The position numbers and the translations under genes are program-made. Source: Bacillota bacterium (GTDB lineage: Bacteria; Bacillota; Ch66; Ch109). From it: a DNA stretch of 64,000 nucleotides. Shown piece by piece: positions 49,271 to 60,010 of this stretch. The DNA is taken from the NCBI GenBank assembly GCA_050952625.1, contig JBMNLH010000001.1:288001-352000 (forward strand), read 5' to 3'. Within the stretch, counting starts at the first letter, position 1, and every line of letters begins with the position of its first letter. The notes beneath the pieces are model-generated. The model was not told the origin of the DNA. It did no database searches and saw only the letters and a list, made by a program, of their open reading frames with translations.

Positions 49271-49500
49271 TAGGCTTAATGTTTATAAAAACGGTGTTAT
49301 TTGAGATAAAAGACCTTTGGGGATAATTTATATCCTTAAGAGGTCTTGTTACTTTTTATAGAAATTTTAATTGTTGTGACTATAGGTCAGGATAACTCTG
49401 AACTAATTTACAGAAAAAGGCATAGCCGCGAAAAAGCTTGGAAATAGTCGAAATAATGAGAACGTCCTGCAACTTGCAGTTCTATATTGAGTTGTCTACG

Positions 49501-49529
49501 TTGACAGGGTTTTTTGGTTTCGGTAAACT
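49501..49529 (+). promoter_or_regulatory. Sigma-A promoter of opuA operon
   Basis: TTGACA-17-TAAACT. Confidence 0.7.
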
Positions 49530-49636
49530 GTAAAATAATGTGGATACAATCGGTTTTATGATATTCACTCAATTATTAGTTATTACAGACATCTGTTACC
49601 TATTTATTACTAACTTACCAGGGAAGATAAAAGATC

Positions 49637-50860
49637 ATGAATAAAATTTCAGTTAAAAACTTAACTAAAATATACGGCAGCCATCCTGACCGGGCGTTGG
49701 CCTTGCTTTATAAAGGTTTAAGCAATGAGGAGATTAGGAAACAAACCCGGCAGGTAGTGGGGGTCAAAAACATTGATTTTTCCGTAGCCGCTGGGGAAAG
49801 CTTTGTAATCATGGGTCTTTCCGGCAGTGGCAAATCTACGCTTTTAAGATGCATTAACTGTTTGATTAAGGCTACTACCGGCGAGATTTTAATTGATGGA
49901 GAAGACATCACCCAAATGTCTTCCAAGCAATTAACCCAGGTGCGTCGCGAAAAAATGGCAATGGTTTTTCAGCGTTTTGCTCTGTTGCCGCATCGGACTA
50001 TCCTGGATAATGTGGCTTATGGGCTAGAAGTAGGTAGTGTTCCTAAACTGAAACGGTATGAACAGGCTATGCAGGCCCTGGAAATGGTGGGTCTTAAAGG
50101 ATGGGAAGATTATCGGCCGAATAACCTGAGTGGTGGTATGCAGCAACGAGTCGGGATAGCCCGGGCTCTAGCCACAAATCCCGATATTCTTTTAATGGAT
50201 GAGCCCTTTAGTGCCCTTGACCCGCTTATTCGCCAGGAAATGCAGGATGAGTTAATGGAACTGCAGAAAAAACTCCAAAAAACAATAATTTTTATTACCC
50301 ATGACCTAGATGAGGCCTTAAAAATCGGGGACCGGATTGCGCTAATGAAGGATGGGGTAATTGTTCAAATGGGGACACCAGAGGATATATTATTATCACC
50401 GGCCACCGAATACGTGGCTCGTTTTGTGGAAAACGTTGACCGCTCCAAGGCCTTGACGGCAGCGACCGTGATGGTCAAACCAAGGTCTGTTGTTTACCCG
50501 AAGGATGGGCCGATGACGGCCCTGCGGGTAATGGAGAAACACGGGATGTCGACCCTGTTTGTAACAGATCGAGTTGGCAAAATGATTGGTTATATCCGGG
50601 CTGAAGATGCTTCTGAAGAAGCCGGCCGCGGAGAGAGACAACTAGATGCGATTATTCAGCGGGATATGCCGCTGGCAGCCCCGGATACCCCGCTGTGTGA
50701 CTTGTTAGAAGTTCTGGCGCACACCAAGGTGCCGGTAGCAGTTGTGGATGAACAGGAGATTTTAAAGGGAGTTTTGGTCAGAGGGTCAGTAATCGCTGGT
50801 CTGGCTGGTGGAGGAGGAGAGATTAAGCTTGAATCAGATACCTCGCATTCCAATAGGTGA
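49637..50860 (+). CDS. opuAA: Glycine betaine/proline ABC transporter ATPase with CBS domains
   Basis: MGLSGSGKST, LSGGMQQRVG and DEPFSALDPLIR motifs; C-terminal CBS pair. Confidence 0.93.
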   Translation: MNKISVKNLTKIYGSHPDRALALLYKGLSNEEIRKQTRQVVGVKNIDFSVAAGESFVIMGLSGSGKSTLLRCINCLIKATTGEILIDGEDITQMSSKQLTQVRREKMAMVFQRFALLPHRTILDNVAYGLEVGSVPKLKRYEQAMQALEMVGLKGWEDYRPNNLSGGMQQRVGIARALATNPDILLMDEPFSALDPLIRQEMQDELMELQKKLQKTIIFITHDLDEALKIGDRIALMKDGVIVQMGTPEDILLSPATEYVARFVENVDRSKALTAATVMVKPRSVVYPKDGPMTALRVMEKHGMSTLFVTDRVGKMIGYIRAEDASEEAGRGERQLDAIIQRDMPLAAPDTPLCDLLEVLAHTKVPVAVVDEQEILKGVLVRGSVIAGLAGGGGEIKLESDTSHSNR

Positions 50861-51671
50861 ATGGATAGATAACGGAATCCAATACCTGGTAGACGTAGGT
50901 AGCGGCCTAACTGAAGAGATATCTGATTTTCTATTGGACGTTCTTTCCTGGCTGCAAAATCTTTTGCTGTCTATTCCCCCGGAACTGTTTTTAGTGATCA
51001 TCGCCCTGCTTGCTTGGCGGTTAGTGAATAAGCAAGTCGCTATTTTTTCGGTGGCGGGGTTATTTTTAATTTATAATATGCAGCTCTGGCCACCGGCCAT
51101 GTTGACCCTGTCCATGGTCTTGGCTTCCGTGCTGTTGTGTATTGTGATCGGGCTTCCACTGGGAGTACTAGCGGCTAAAAGTGATATGGCCTACCGGATA
51201 ATCATGCCGATTCTAGACTTTATGCAAACTTTACCGGCTTTTGTCTACCTTTTACCGGCGATTTTCTTTTTTGGCATTGGGGTGGTTCCGGCGATTATTG
51301 CCACGTTGATTTTTTCAATGCCACCGGTAATCAGGCTGACTAACCTGGGAATAAGGCAGGTGCCTGAAGAACTGGTTGAATTGGGCAGTTCTTTTGGCTC
51401 AACCTTTTTACAGATGTTAGTCAAGATCGAATTGCCTCTGGCTAGACCCACTATCATGGCTGGGATCAACCAGTGCATCATGTTATCTCTTTCTATGGTG
51501 GTTATAGCTGCCATGATTGGGGCTGGAGGTCTGGGGGGTGAGGTCTGGCGAGGAATTCAGAGAATGGAGATCGGCCTGGGTTTTGAAGCCGGGTTAGCCA
51601 TCGTTATTATGGCGATTGTTTTGGATCGCATCACCCAGAATATGGGAAAAACTAATAAGGACGGAGGATGA
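50829..51671 (+). CDS. opuAB: Glycine betaine ABC transporter permease
   Basis: LDFMQTLPAFVYLLP and MAGINQ...LSMVVIAAMIGAGGLG motifs. Confidence 0.93.
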   Translation: MNQIPRIPIGEWIDNGIQYLVDVGSGLTEEISDFLLDVLSWLQNLLLSIPPELFLVIIALLAWRLVNKQVAIFSVAGLFLIYNMQLWPPAMLTLSMVLASVLLCIVIGLPLGVLAAKSDMAYRIIMPILDFMQTLPAFVYLLPAIFFFGIGVVPAIIATLIFSMPPVIRLTNLGIRQVPEELVELGSSFGSTFLQMLVKIELPLARPTIMAGINQCIMLSLSMVVIAAMIGAGGLGGEVWRGIQRMEIGLGFEAGLAIVIMAIVLDRITQNMGKTNKDGG

Positions 51672-51680
51672 TAAAGGAAA

Positions 51681-52580
51681 ATGTTAAAAAACAAAAAAGT
51701 AGTGCTGTTAATCGCTGCCCTTTTAACCGTTGCTTTTCTGGTTGTGGGGTGTGGCGGCCAGACACCTTCGGCTCCGGATAACGCCGCCGAGAAGGGAAAA
51801 GTTAAGATTTTGTATGTGGAATGGGCTTGTGCCACGGCCACTTCTCATGTGTTAGCTGATGTTCTGGAGAGAAAGATGGGCTATGAGGTAGAACTGGTTC
51901 CACTCGCAGCCTCGGCGATGTATCAGGGACTAGCCACTGGCGATGGGGATGCCCTCTTTTGTTGTTGGCTGCCGGTAACTCACGGTGATTATATGAAAAA
52001 CGTCGGTGATCAGGTAGAAAACCTGGGAACCAATATGGAAGGGGCGAAAATCGGTCTAGTTGTTCCCAAATATGTTACAATTAACTCTATTGAGGAAATG
52101 AATGGCGTCAAGGATAAATTTGGCGGCAAGATCATTGGGATTGATCCCGGAGCCGGCATTATGAAATGTACAGAAGCTGCCCTCAAAGATTACAACCTGG
52201 ACTATACCCTAGTCGAAGGCAGTGACGCCACCATGGTCGCGGCCTTGAAAAAGGCTTATGATAATCAGGAGTGGATCGCCGTAACTGGCTGGACTCCGCA
52301 CTGGAAATTCGCCAGCTGGGATTTAAAATACCTGGATGACCCCAAGAAGTCTTATGGTGAGGCAGAACACATTGATACGGTTGTTCGCAAAGGCTTGAAA
52401 ACAGATATGCCAGAAGTCTACGAACTCTTTGATAACTTTAACTGGACCTCTGACGATTTAAGCAAAGCCATGATTATCGCTGAAGAAGAGGGCCAAACCA
52501 GTAAAACTGGGGCCACTAAGTGGGTAGACCAGAATCAAGAACTGGTGAATAGTTGGTTGCCTGAAAAATATCGGAGTTAA
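51681..52580 (+). CDS. opuAC: Glycine betaine-binding lipoprotein
   Basis: Lipobox VVGC; WLPVTH, GIDPGAG and WTPHW motifs. Confidence 0.93.
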   Translation: MLKNKKVVLLIAALLTVAFLVVGCGGQTPSAPDNAAEKGKVKILYVEWACATATSHVLADVLERKMGYEVELVPLAASAMYQGLATGDGDALFCCWLPVTHGDYMKNVGDQVENLGTNMEGAKIGLVVPKYVTINSIEEMNGVKDKFGGKIIGIDPGAGIMKCTEAALKDYNLDYTLVEGSDATMVAALKKAYDNQEWIAVTGWTPHWKFASWDLKYLDDPKKSYGEAEHIDTVVRKGLKTDMPEVYELFDNFNWTSDDLSKAMIIAEEEGQTSKTGATKWVDQNQELVNSWLPEKYRS

Positions 52581-52741
52581 TGTCTGCTAACGACGTTGGA
52601 CATTAAATATAATGATGATTGAAAATGACCCCCTGGAATGGCCAGTTCAGGGGGTTATGTATGTCTGATGTCTTATTTTTGGAGTGGGAACGGTGTATGG
52701 TAAGATAAAGCGAGCAGAGTGATCAATCGGAGGAGTTTTTA

Positions 52742-54091
52742 TTGAGCGAGCAGCGTCGGACCGAGAATAAAAAGGCAAAGGAAAATCAGCGCGGAACTCT
52801 GGCCGTGTATCTGCATATTCCCTTTTGTCTCCAGAAGTGTCTTTATTGTGATTTTTACTCGCTCCCCCTGGGAGAGCTGGGTGCTGAATTAGTAACGGGT
52901 TTTCGGACAGCGGTTATTCAAGAATTACAGACCTACTTGAATTTTTTTCAATCAATTAGGGGGGAGCGGCCACGGCTTGTATCGTTGTATTTTGGGGGTG
53001 GAACCCCGACCTGTTTGCCGGCTGAATTGCTCGTTGGCCTAATCGAACGGGTGCTCAAGGGGTTTGGGGTGAAAGCCAGCGGGGACGAAGTAGGACTTGA
53101 AGTAACGGTTGAAGCCAACCCGGGCACGCTTGACTTAAAAAAGTTACAGGCCTTAAAGGAGGTTGGGGTTAACCGACTGTCGATTGGGGCTCAGACGTTT
53201 GATCCCGGTTTGCTTCGGCGCATCGGCAGGCGACATACCGCAGTAGAAGTGGTTGAGGCGGTTAACCTGGCCCGGCAGGCCGGCTTTCAAAACTTAAATT
53301 TGGACCTGATCTACGGGCTGCCCGGTCAGACGCTGGAAAACTGGCGGACGACCGTGGAGAAAGCACTGGCTTTGCGGCCGGAACACCTAGCTGCTTATAG
53401 TTTAAAAGTTGAACCAGGAACACCCTTTTATGAACTCCAGCAAAGAGGAAAATTAGCTTTACCTGGGGAAGAGGTCGAGGCGGATATGTTTGAGTGGCTC
53501 AGCGAACGACTGCCAGCGGCCGGCTATCAGCACTATGAGATTTCCAATTTTGCCCGACCCGGTTATACGTCGATCCATAATCAGGTGTACTGGCACAACC
53601 AGGAATATTTGGGACTGGGACCGGCAGCCCACTCTTGTTTGCGGGGAATCCAGCCGGCTGAGGTTTGGGGACAAACCGCAGGATCAAACTTTATTAATGA
53701 AGCAAGCCATCAATTAACGACAAAATTAGCCTCCGGTGCGCCGCCAGGGGTTAAGCATGAGACAGCACCGCTATTTCGGTTTAGTAACCAAGCCAATCTT
53801 CAGCAATACCTTCAACGCGTAAGTCAAGGCCAGTCGCCGGTAGATTATTTGGAAGCAATTGGTCAACAATTGGAGCGGGCAGAGACAGTGTTTTTAGGAC
53901 TAAGGCTGCTGGAAGGGATTAGTCGTTCGGAATTTGCTGAACGGTTTGGGGTAACAGTAGAGGAAGCATACCCGGGAGTGATTAAGAAACTGAAGCAACG
54001 AGGACTTCTTCAAGACGAGGGGGAGCGACTCGCCCTGACCGCTAGAGCTATCCTCATCGCGAATGAGGTATTCCTGGAGTTTCTTCCTTAA
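52742..54091 (+). CDS. hemW: Radical SAM heme chaperone HemW (HemN-like)
   Basis: YLHIPFCLQKCLYCDF, GGGTPT and HYEISNF...HNQVYW motifs; lepA-hrcA synteny. Confidence 0.92.
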   Translation: MSEQRRTENKKAKENQRGTLAVYLHIPFCLQKCLYCDFYSLPLGELGAELVTGFRTAVIQELQTYLNFFQSIRGERPRLVSLYFGGGTPTCLPAELLVGLIERVLKGFGVKASGDEVGLEVTVEANPGTLDLKKLQALKEVGVNRLSIGAQTFDPGLLRRIGRRHTAVEVVEAVNLARQAGFQNLNLDLIYGLPGQTLENWRTTVEKALALRPEHLAAYSLKVEPGTPFYELQQRGKLALPGEEVEADMFEWLSERLPAAGYQHYEISNFARPGYTSIHNQVYWHNQEYLGLGPAAHSCLRGIQPAEVWGQTAGSNFINEASHQLTTKLASGAPPGVKHETAPLFRFSNQANLQQYLQRVSQGQSPVDYLEAIGQQLERAETVFLGLRLLEGISRSEFAERFGVTVEEAYPGVIKKLKQRGLLQDEGERLALTARAILIANEVFLEFLP

Positions 54092-54303
54092 AAACCAATT
54101 CGCCAACAAAATCGGCAACCTGTCCAGGAAATAGTGGTGGTTGAGTCTGACTGCCTTACTTTTTAATCAATCTTACTGTTTGTCTGAGTTTAAGTTTGAC
54201 TCGGAATTGTTCGTCTATGATCCCGAACATATAACTATTTTTGCTCCCATGTGCAATCCATGCGTCTTATTATCGCTAAAGTTGACCGCTATGCTTCGTT
54301 GAC

Positions 54304-54373
54304 TTGACAAAGACAGCAAGCGGTGGTAATTTTTTAGCTAGAAGCTTTAGCACTCAACCCACAAGAGTGCTAA
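54304..54373 (+). promoter_or_regulatory. Sigma-A promoter and CIRCE operator
   Basis: TTGACA 54304-09; perfect CIRCE TTAGCACTC-N9-GAGTGCTAA at 54347-54373. Confidence 0.95.
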
Positions 54374-54388
54374 CAAAGATAAGGGGGG

Positions 54389-55444
54389 GTGCCGGTGGGA
54401 ATCGACGAACGGAAGCAACGGGTACTGGAAGCGATTATTAAGGATTATGTGGCGACTGCTGAACCAGTGGGATCACGAACCATTGCCCGAAAGTATAATC
54501 TGGGAGTGAGTCCGGCTACCATCCGTAATGAAATGGCTGACCTGGAGGAAATGGGGTTGATTGAGCAACCGCACACCTCAGCTGGCCGGATTCCTTCTCA
54601 ATTGGGGTATCGGTACTATGTAGACTGCCTGATGGAAGTCTATAGCTTATCGGAAGCAGAAGAAACCTTAGTTCGTAGTATGTTCTTAGAAAAGATGGGT
54701 GACCTGGAACAAGTTATTCAGGAAACCAGCAAGCTTCTCTCTCGGTTTACCAACTATACCGCAATCATCCTCGGCCCCACACCGGTAGGAGGAAAACTGA
54801 GACAGGTAGAATTAATACCACTTCAGGAACAGTTGGTTCTACTGGTCGTTGTGATGGATTCAGGAGTAGTTTTGCATAAAATGCTGGAATTGCCAGAGCC
54901 AGTCGCCTCCGAAGATCTGCACCATATATCTCAGGTGTTTAATTCCAAATTGCGGGGGATTATGCTGGATAATATGCGGCGAACCCTGCTGCAGGAGCTT
55001 TATGACGAGTTGCAGCATCAAAAACAGATTCTCCGCTTGGCCCTTGATGTTTTAGACCATTACCAGCAGGCTCCGCAATGGGAGAAACCCTATCTGGGCA
55101 AAGTTTATCTGGGCGGCGTTATTAATATACTCAACCAGCCGGAATTTCGGAATTTCGATAAAATTCGACGGATACTCAGCGTTTTAGAAGAAGAGAGTGA
55201 ACTTAGAGAGCTGTTAACCGATAGTAATGAAACTGGGATTACGGTTCGAATTGGGGCCGAAAATCGGCGAGAAGAATTTCAGGACTGCAGTTTAATTACG
55301 GTTACGTATGATGTAAATGGTAAAGCTATAGGTCGAGTAGGTTTGTTGGGACCCACGCGAATGGAATATCCCAAGGCGACTAGTATTTTGGAATATGTAG
55401 CTCTAATTTTATCAGAAGCACTTCAGGGCTACTATAGCCGGTAG
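54389..55444 (+). CDS. hrcA: Heat-inducible transcription repressor HrcA
   Basis: EPVGSRT...SPATIRNEM...QPHTSAGRIP and GPTRMEY motifs. Confidence 0.97.
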   Translation: MPVGIDERKQRVLEAIIKDYVATAEPVGSRTIARKYNLGVSPATIRNEMADLEEMGLIEQPHTSAGRIPSQLGYRYYVDCLMEVYSLSEAEETLVRSMFLEKMGDLEQVIQETSKLLSRFTNYTAIILGPTPVGGKLRQVELIPLQEQLVLLVVVMDSGVVLHKMLELPEPVASEDLHHISQVFNSKLRGIMLDNMRRTLLQELYDELQHQKQILRLALDVLDHYQQAPQWEKPYLGKVYLGGVINILNQPEFRNFDKIRRILSVLEEESELRELLTDSNETGITVRIGAENRREEFQDCSLITVTYDVNGKAIGRVGLLGPTRMEYPKATSILEYVALILSEALQGYYSR

Positions 55445-55540
55445 TCGCCTCATGTCGCTTAGCATAACCATCTAACAAATGTGATCATGATCGCGCTTGA
55501 CCGAGTATCACCCAAGCGCAGATGATAAAAGGAGGCCCTT

Positions 55541-57100
55541 TTGTTGAGTTCCAAACAATCGAGTAGTGGAGTTGAGAACGGAGAAAAGCTTACTGCTCTA
55601 GCCACCAATTCCAATGCGATTCGGGCAGTCGCCGCAGCCGTAGAAGGAACAATTGGCCCCAAAGGTTTGGATACCATGCTGGTTGATCAGTTTGGCGATG
55701 TAGTAATTACCAATGATGGGGTTACTATTTTGAATCTTATGGAAGTTAATCATCCGGCGGCCCGGTTATTGATCAAGATCGCCCGAGCCCAGCAGGAAGA
55801 AGTCGGCGATGGCACCACCACTGCCACGATCCTGGCTGAGGGTCTGGTGACCGAAGGGGTTAACCAAGTTGCTCGAGGGGTACCGGTCGCTCGGGTGATT
55901 GAAGGATTAAGGTTTGGTACCGGCAGGGCCTTGCAGATCTTGAAAGAAAAAGCTCTGCCAGTAAAGGGCCCCGAGGATCCCCGGTTACGTCAGGTGGCCC
56001 TGATTGCCGGCCGAGGTCATGCTGATTTGGCGGATTTAGTAGTTGAAGCCATTAAGCTGATCGGGCCGGAAAAACTGTCCGACCCGGCTTTTAAGCTGGC
56101 AGATACCATTGTCGCCCGCGAATCAGTCCACAATGAGGCATTTTTAGGAGTAATCCTGAATAAAGGCCGGCTGAATCGACAGATGCCCCGAGAGATTGAC
56201 GGGGTCAAGGTTCTGATTATTGACGATGCTCTAGAGCCGGAAGAATTTGAAGAGGAGGCCCTGGCGACCGAAACTGGGGTGGCTCGCTATCTAGCATTGA
56301 GGGAAGAATTTAAACAAAACGTCGAAAAGATTGTCTCCCTCGGAGTCAACTTGGTGCTGGTAGATCGGGGAGTTGATGATCTGGCGGAAGAAATCTTGAC
56401 CGAAGCCGGGATCATGGTTTTACATCGGGTATCTTTCAAAGAATTACGAAAAGCAGCTGAATTGACCGGGGCGAGAATGATTAAACGAACTGGCTTGAAG
56501 CGAAACCCGGCCGACTTGGCCCGGCTACTGGGTCAAGCTGACCAGGCTTTCGAAGACGAACGGTTGGATCAGGTGCGAATCCTGGGCGGGGGTGGAAAAC
56601 CCCTGGCAACCATAGTCGTCGGGGCCGCTACTCGGGAGATTGTCGGAGAACGGGAGCGGATGGCCAAAGATGCAGCGGCAGCGGCACAGGCAGCCTTAAA
56701 GGGCGGCTTGGTTCCCGGTGGGGGAGCCATTGAACTGGCTTTAGCCAGTCAAGTAGCACTAGCCCGGTCTGAGGTTCGGGGAATGGCCGCTTACGGGATA
56801 GACTGTCTGGCAGAAGCCTTAAAGCGTCCGTTTTCGCAAATTATCAGCAACGCTGGGTTTAATCCGTTAGAAAAACTCGGTGATGTTATGGCCGCACAGG
56901 CTGAGATGCAAAGGGATTCTTTGGCCATCGACTGTGACACCGGCGAGGTTAAGGACATGTTTGAGCTAGGTGTTTTAGACCCGGCCTTAGTCAAATTTTA
57001 TGCCCTAAGGGCGGCGGTTGAGGTGGCAGAGGCAATTCTGCGCATTGATACCATCATTAAAAAGCGGGAAAGGGCTATGCCGGAGAACAATTATAGTTAA
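55541..57100 (+). CDS. Archaeal-like (group III) TCP-1/cpn60 chaperonin
   Basis: TIGPKGLDTMLVD, TNDGVTIL, HPAA, GDGTTT, GGGAIE and ILRIDTII are thermosome-type; no groES in the operon. Confidence 0.9.
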   Translation: MLSSKQSSSGVENGEKLTALATNSNAIRAVAAAVEGTIGPKGLDTMLVDQFGDVVITNDGVTILNLMEVNHPAARLLIKIARAQQEEVGDGTTTATILAEGLVTEGVNQVARGVPVARVIEGLRFGTGRALQILKEKALPVKGPEDPRLRQVALIAGRGHADLADLVVEAIKLIGPEKLSDPAFKLADTIVARESVHNEAFLGVILNKGRLNRQMPREIDGVKVLIIDDALEPEEFEEEALATETGVARYLALREEFKQNVEKIVSLGVNLVLVDRGVDDLAEEILTEAGIMVLHRVSFKELRKAAELTGARMIKRTGLKRNPADLARLLGQADQAFEDERLDQVRILGGGGKPLATIVVGAATREIVGERERMAKDAAAAAQAALKGGLVPGGGAIELALASQVALARSEVRGMAAYGIDCLAEALKRPFSQIISNAGFNPLEKLGDVMAAQAEMQRDSLAIDCDTGEVKDMFELGVLDPALVKFYALRAAVEVAEAILRIDTIIKKRERAMPENNYS

Positions 57101-57248
57101 CCATCAGGGCCAATCATATTACTTAGTTTATCAATGCTTTTATAACTTAGAGCGGACCATCACGTCGTCAGGCGGTACAAATAAAGAATGAAAATTAATG
57201 AATAACGAGCGTAGAGAATAAAATCAGCGCACATAAGAAGGTGATCAG

Positions 57249-57863
57249 ATGTCCAAGGAACAAATAACACACACTGAGCCTGAACAGAATTTAGAAACTG
57301 ATCAGCACCAGCCTGCAGTGGAAACCAATGGGCCAAACCCGGCCTCAGATGAGGCAGTGATTGAAGAAATACCAGCGGAGGAATTGATTCAGCGATTAAC
57401 ACAGGCCCTAGAACAAACCCAGTTAAAAGCGGAGAATTACTACCGTAAACTGTTGCGGATGGAAGCTGACTTCGATAACTTTCGGCGAAGAACCCGCGAA
57501 GAAAAGGAACAGCTGCAGCTTATGGCAGCCGAAAAAGTAATAACTGATCTGCTTCCCGTTTTGGATAACATGGAGCGAGGTCTGGCCGCAGCTGAGCAGA
57601 CCTGCGATTTTGAGAGTTTGCGGTCAGGCTTGCAATTGGTGTATCGAGGATTACAAGAAATACTTAAGCGAGAAGGCTTGGAAGCAATTGAGGCCGTGGG
57701 TCAGCAGTTTGATCCTAATTACCACGAAGCGATGCTGCGCGTCCCGTTAGCTGAAGGTCAGTCGGATAATACGGTTACTGAGGAATTCCAACGGGGATAT
57801 AAACTAAAAGGCAAGGTTATCCGACCGGCTCGGGTAGCGGTCGCCCGGGATATTGAAGAATAA
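57249..57863 (+). CDS. grpE: Nucleotide exchange factor GrpE
   Basis: ADFDNFRRR, FDPNYHEA and GYKL...IRPARV motifs. Confidence 0.96.
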   Translation: MSKEQITHTEPEQNLETDQHQPAVETNGPNPASDEAVIEEIPAEELIQRLTQALEQTQLKAENYYRKLLRMEADFDNFRRRTREEKEQLQLMAAEKVITDLLPVLDNMERGLAAAEQTCDFESLRSGLQLVYRGLQEILKREGLEAIEAVGQQFDPNYHEAMLRVPLAEGQSDNTVTEEFQRGYKLKGKVIRPARVAVARDIEE

Positions 57864-58017
57864 GGAAGTTTTTATTACAACATCAAAATTGTTATTCAAT
57901 CCGCACCAATAGGTATAACCAGCGTTGAAAACCACTAGTTTATGGTCATTCTGAACAGAGTGAGGAATCTAGCTATTTTTTGATATAAAATTTATGCTAA
58001 GTATGGAGGGGATAGAT

Positions 58018-59865
58018 TTGGCAAGATTAGTCGGGATTGATCTAGGTACTACCAACTCATGCGTGGCGGTAATCGAGGGGGGTCAGCCTACCGTCATTCC
58101 AAATCGGGAAGGAGGGCGTATTACTCCTTCAGTCGTTGGGTTTGCTAAAGACGGCGAACGTCTAGTGGGTCAAATCGCTAAACGACAAGCGGTGACGAAT
58201 CCTGAGCGGACGATTATGTCGATTAAACGATATATGGGGACCGATCACAAGGTTAAGATTGATAATAAAGACTATAAACCGCAAGAGATTTCAGCGATGA
58301 TTCTGCAGAAAATTAAAGCCGATGCCGAAGCTTATCTAGGTCAACCGGTAACACAAGCTGTAATTACGGTACCGGCTTACTTTACGGATAGTCAACGCCA
58401 GGCCACCAAAGATGCCGGCACGATTGCTGGCCTTGAGGTCCTGCGGATTATTAATGAGCCAACCGCCGCCGCTTTGGCGTACGGTTTAGATAAACAAGAA
58501 CAGGATCATACTATCCTGGTTTATGACTTAGGCGGAGGAACCTTTGACGTTTCTATTCTGGAACTGGGCGGCGGGGTATTTGAAGTTAAAGCCACCAGCG
58601 GGAACAATCGCCTGGGTGGGGATGACTTTGACAAACGGATTATGGACTGGGCGATAGCTGAGTTTAAAAAAGAAACCGGCATTGACCTGAGCAAGGATAA
58701 AATGGCCTTGCAGCGGTTGCGGGAAGCAGCGGAAAAGGCTAAGATTGAGTTATCTACAGTTGTGACGGCAAATATTAATCTGCCTTTTATTACCGCCACA
58801 GCCGAGGGACCGCAGCACCTCGATCTGACTTTGACCCGTGCCAAATTTGAAGATTTAATTCGTGATCTGGTGGAATTAACGGTTGGGCCGATGAAGCAGG
58901 CCTTAGCGGATGCCAAATTGCAACCAAAAGATATTAATCGGGTTATTTTGGTGGGTGGTTCAACCCGAGTTCCTCTAGTCGAAAAGACGGTCAAAGATTT
59001 AACCGGCAAAGAGCCCTATAAAGGGATCAACCCGGATGAAGTGGTGGCCATGGGAGCTGCCATTCAGGCAGAAGTCGTTTCCGGCAAGGGCCCGGGAGAC
59101 ATTGTGTTGCTCGATGTTACTCCGCTCTCTCTGGGGATTGAAACCCTAGGCGGGATTTTTACCCGTTTGATTGAGCGGAACACAACCATTCCGGTAGAAA
59201 AGAAACAGGTTTTCTCCACCGCCGCTGATATGCAGACCAGTGTGGAAATTCATGTCTTGCAGGGCGAACGGAAGATGGCGGCGGATAATAAAACCCTGGG
59301 CCGGTTTATTCTGGACGGGATTCCGCCGGCTCCTAGAGGGGTGCCGCAAATTGAGGTCATGTTTGATATCGACGTCAACGGGATTGTCCATGTTTCTGCT
59401 AAGGACCTCGGGACCGGTAAGGAGCAGAAGGTCACCATTACCGGCAGTACCGGTTTAACCAGTGATGAAATCGAAAGAATGCGTCAGGCGGCGGAGGAGC
59501 ACGAAGAAGAGGATAAGAGACGGTTTGAGGAAGCCGAGGCCCGGAATAATGCGGATTCTCTGGTTTACCAGACGGAAAAAACCTTGAAAGAAATGGAAGG
59601 CAAGGGTGATCCAGCGGAACGGGAAAAGATCGAGCAGGCGAAAGATCGGTTAAAAGAAAACCTGGCTAATAAGACCGTTGAGGAAATTAAGCAACAGAGC
59701 GAGGAATTGACCAACCTGCTTTATGCTTTCACCTCCAAGATATATCAAGAGACAGCTGGCCAGCCGGGGGCTGAGGGAACCGAGACAACCGGTGAAGCCT
59801 CACGAGAAGATGTCGTCGATGCTGATTATACGATGGTCGATGAGGATAAAAAAGATAACAAATAG
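58018..59865 (+). CDS. dnaK: Chaperone DnaK
   Basis: [23 protein letters not shown] and GVPQIEV motifs; TTG start after GGAGG. Confidence 0.98.
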   Translation: MARLVGIDLGTTNSCVAVIEGGQPTVIPNREGGRITPSVVGFAKDGERLVGQIAKRQAVTNPERTIMSIKRYMGTDHKVKIDNKDYKPQEISAMILQKIKADAEAYLGQPVTQAVITVPAYFTDSQRQATKDAGTIAGLEVLRIINEPTAAALAYGLDKQEQDHTILVYDLGGGTFDVSILELGGGVFEVKATSGNNRLGGDDFDKRIMDWAIAEFKKETGIDLSKDKMALQRLREAAEKAKIELSTVVTANINLPFITATAEGPQHLDLTLTRAKFEDLIRDLVELTVGPMKQALADAKLQPKDINRVILVGGSTRVPLVEKTVKDLTGKEPYKGINPDEVVAMGAAIQAEVVSGKGPGDIVLLDVTPLSLGIETLGGIFTRLIERNTTIPVEKKQVFSTAADMQTSVEIHVLQGERKMAADNKTLGRFILDGIPPAPRGVPQIEVMFDIDVNGIVHVSAKDLGTGKEQKVTITGSTGLTSDEIERMRQAAEEHEEEDKRRFEEAEARNNADSLVYQTEKTLKEMEGKGDPAEREKIEQAKDRLKENLANKTVEEIKQQSEELTNLLYAFTSKIYQETAGQPGAEGTETTGEASREDVVDADYTMVDEDKKDNK

Positions 59866-59894
59866 ATGCGCAGCTAAGCTTAATTTGAGTGATC

Positions 59895-59950
59895 GGAGGT
59901 CTCCCGCCTCAGCATCTTGCCCACTAAGCGAGCGAGGCGGGAGATGAGGT
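59895..59950. repeat. Second TCTCCCGCCT...AGGCGGGAGATGA hairpin
   Basis: Same arms as 26226-26300. Confidence 0.5.
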
Positions 59951-60010
59951 GCCTGAATTGACGGCTTACGGCTGTATAATCTAATCGTTTGAACTCAGAG
60001 GAGCGGTGGG

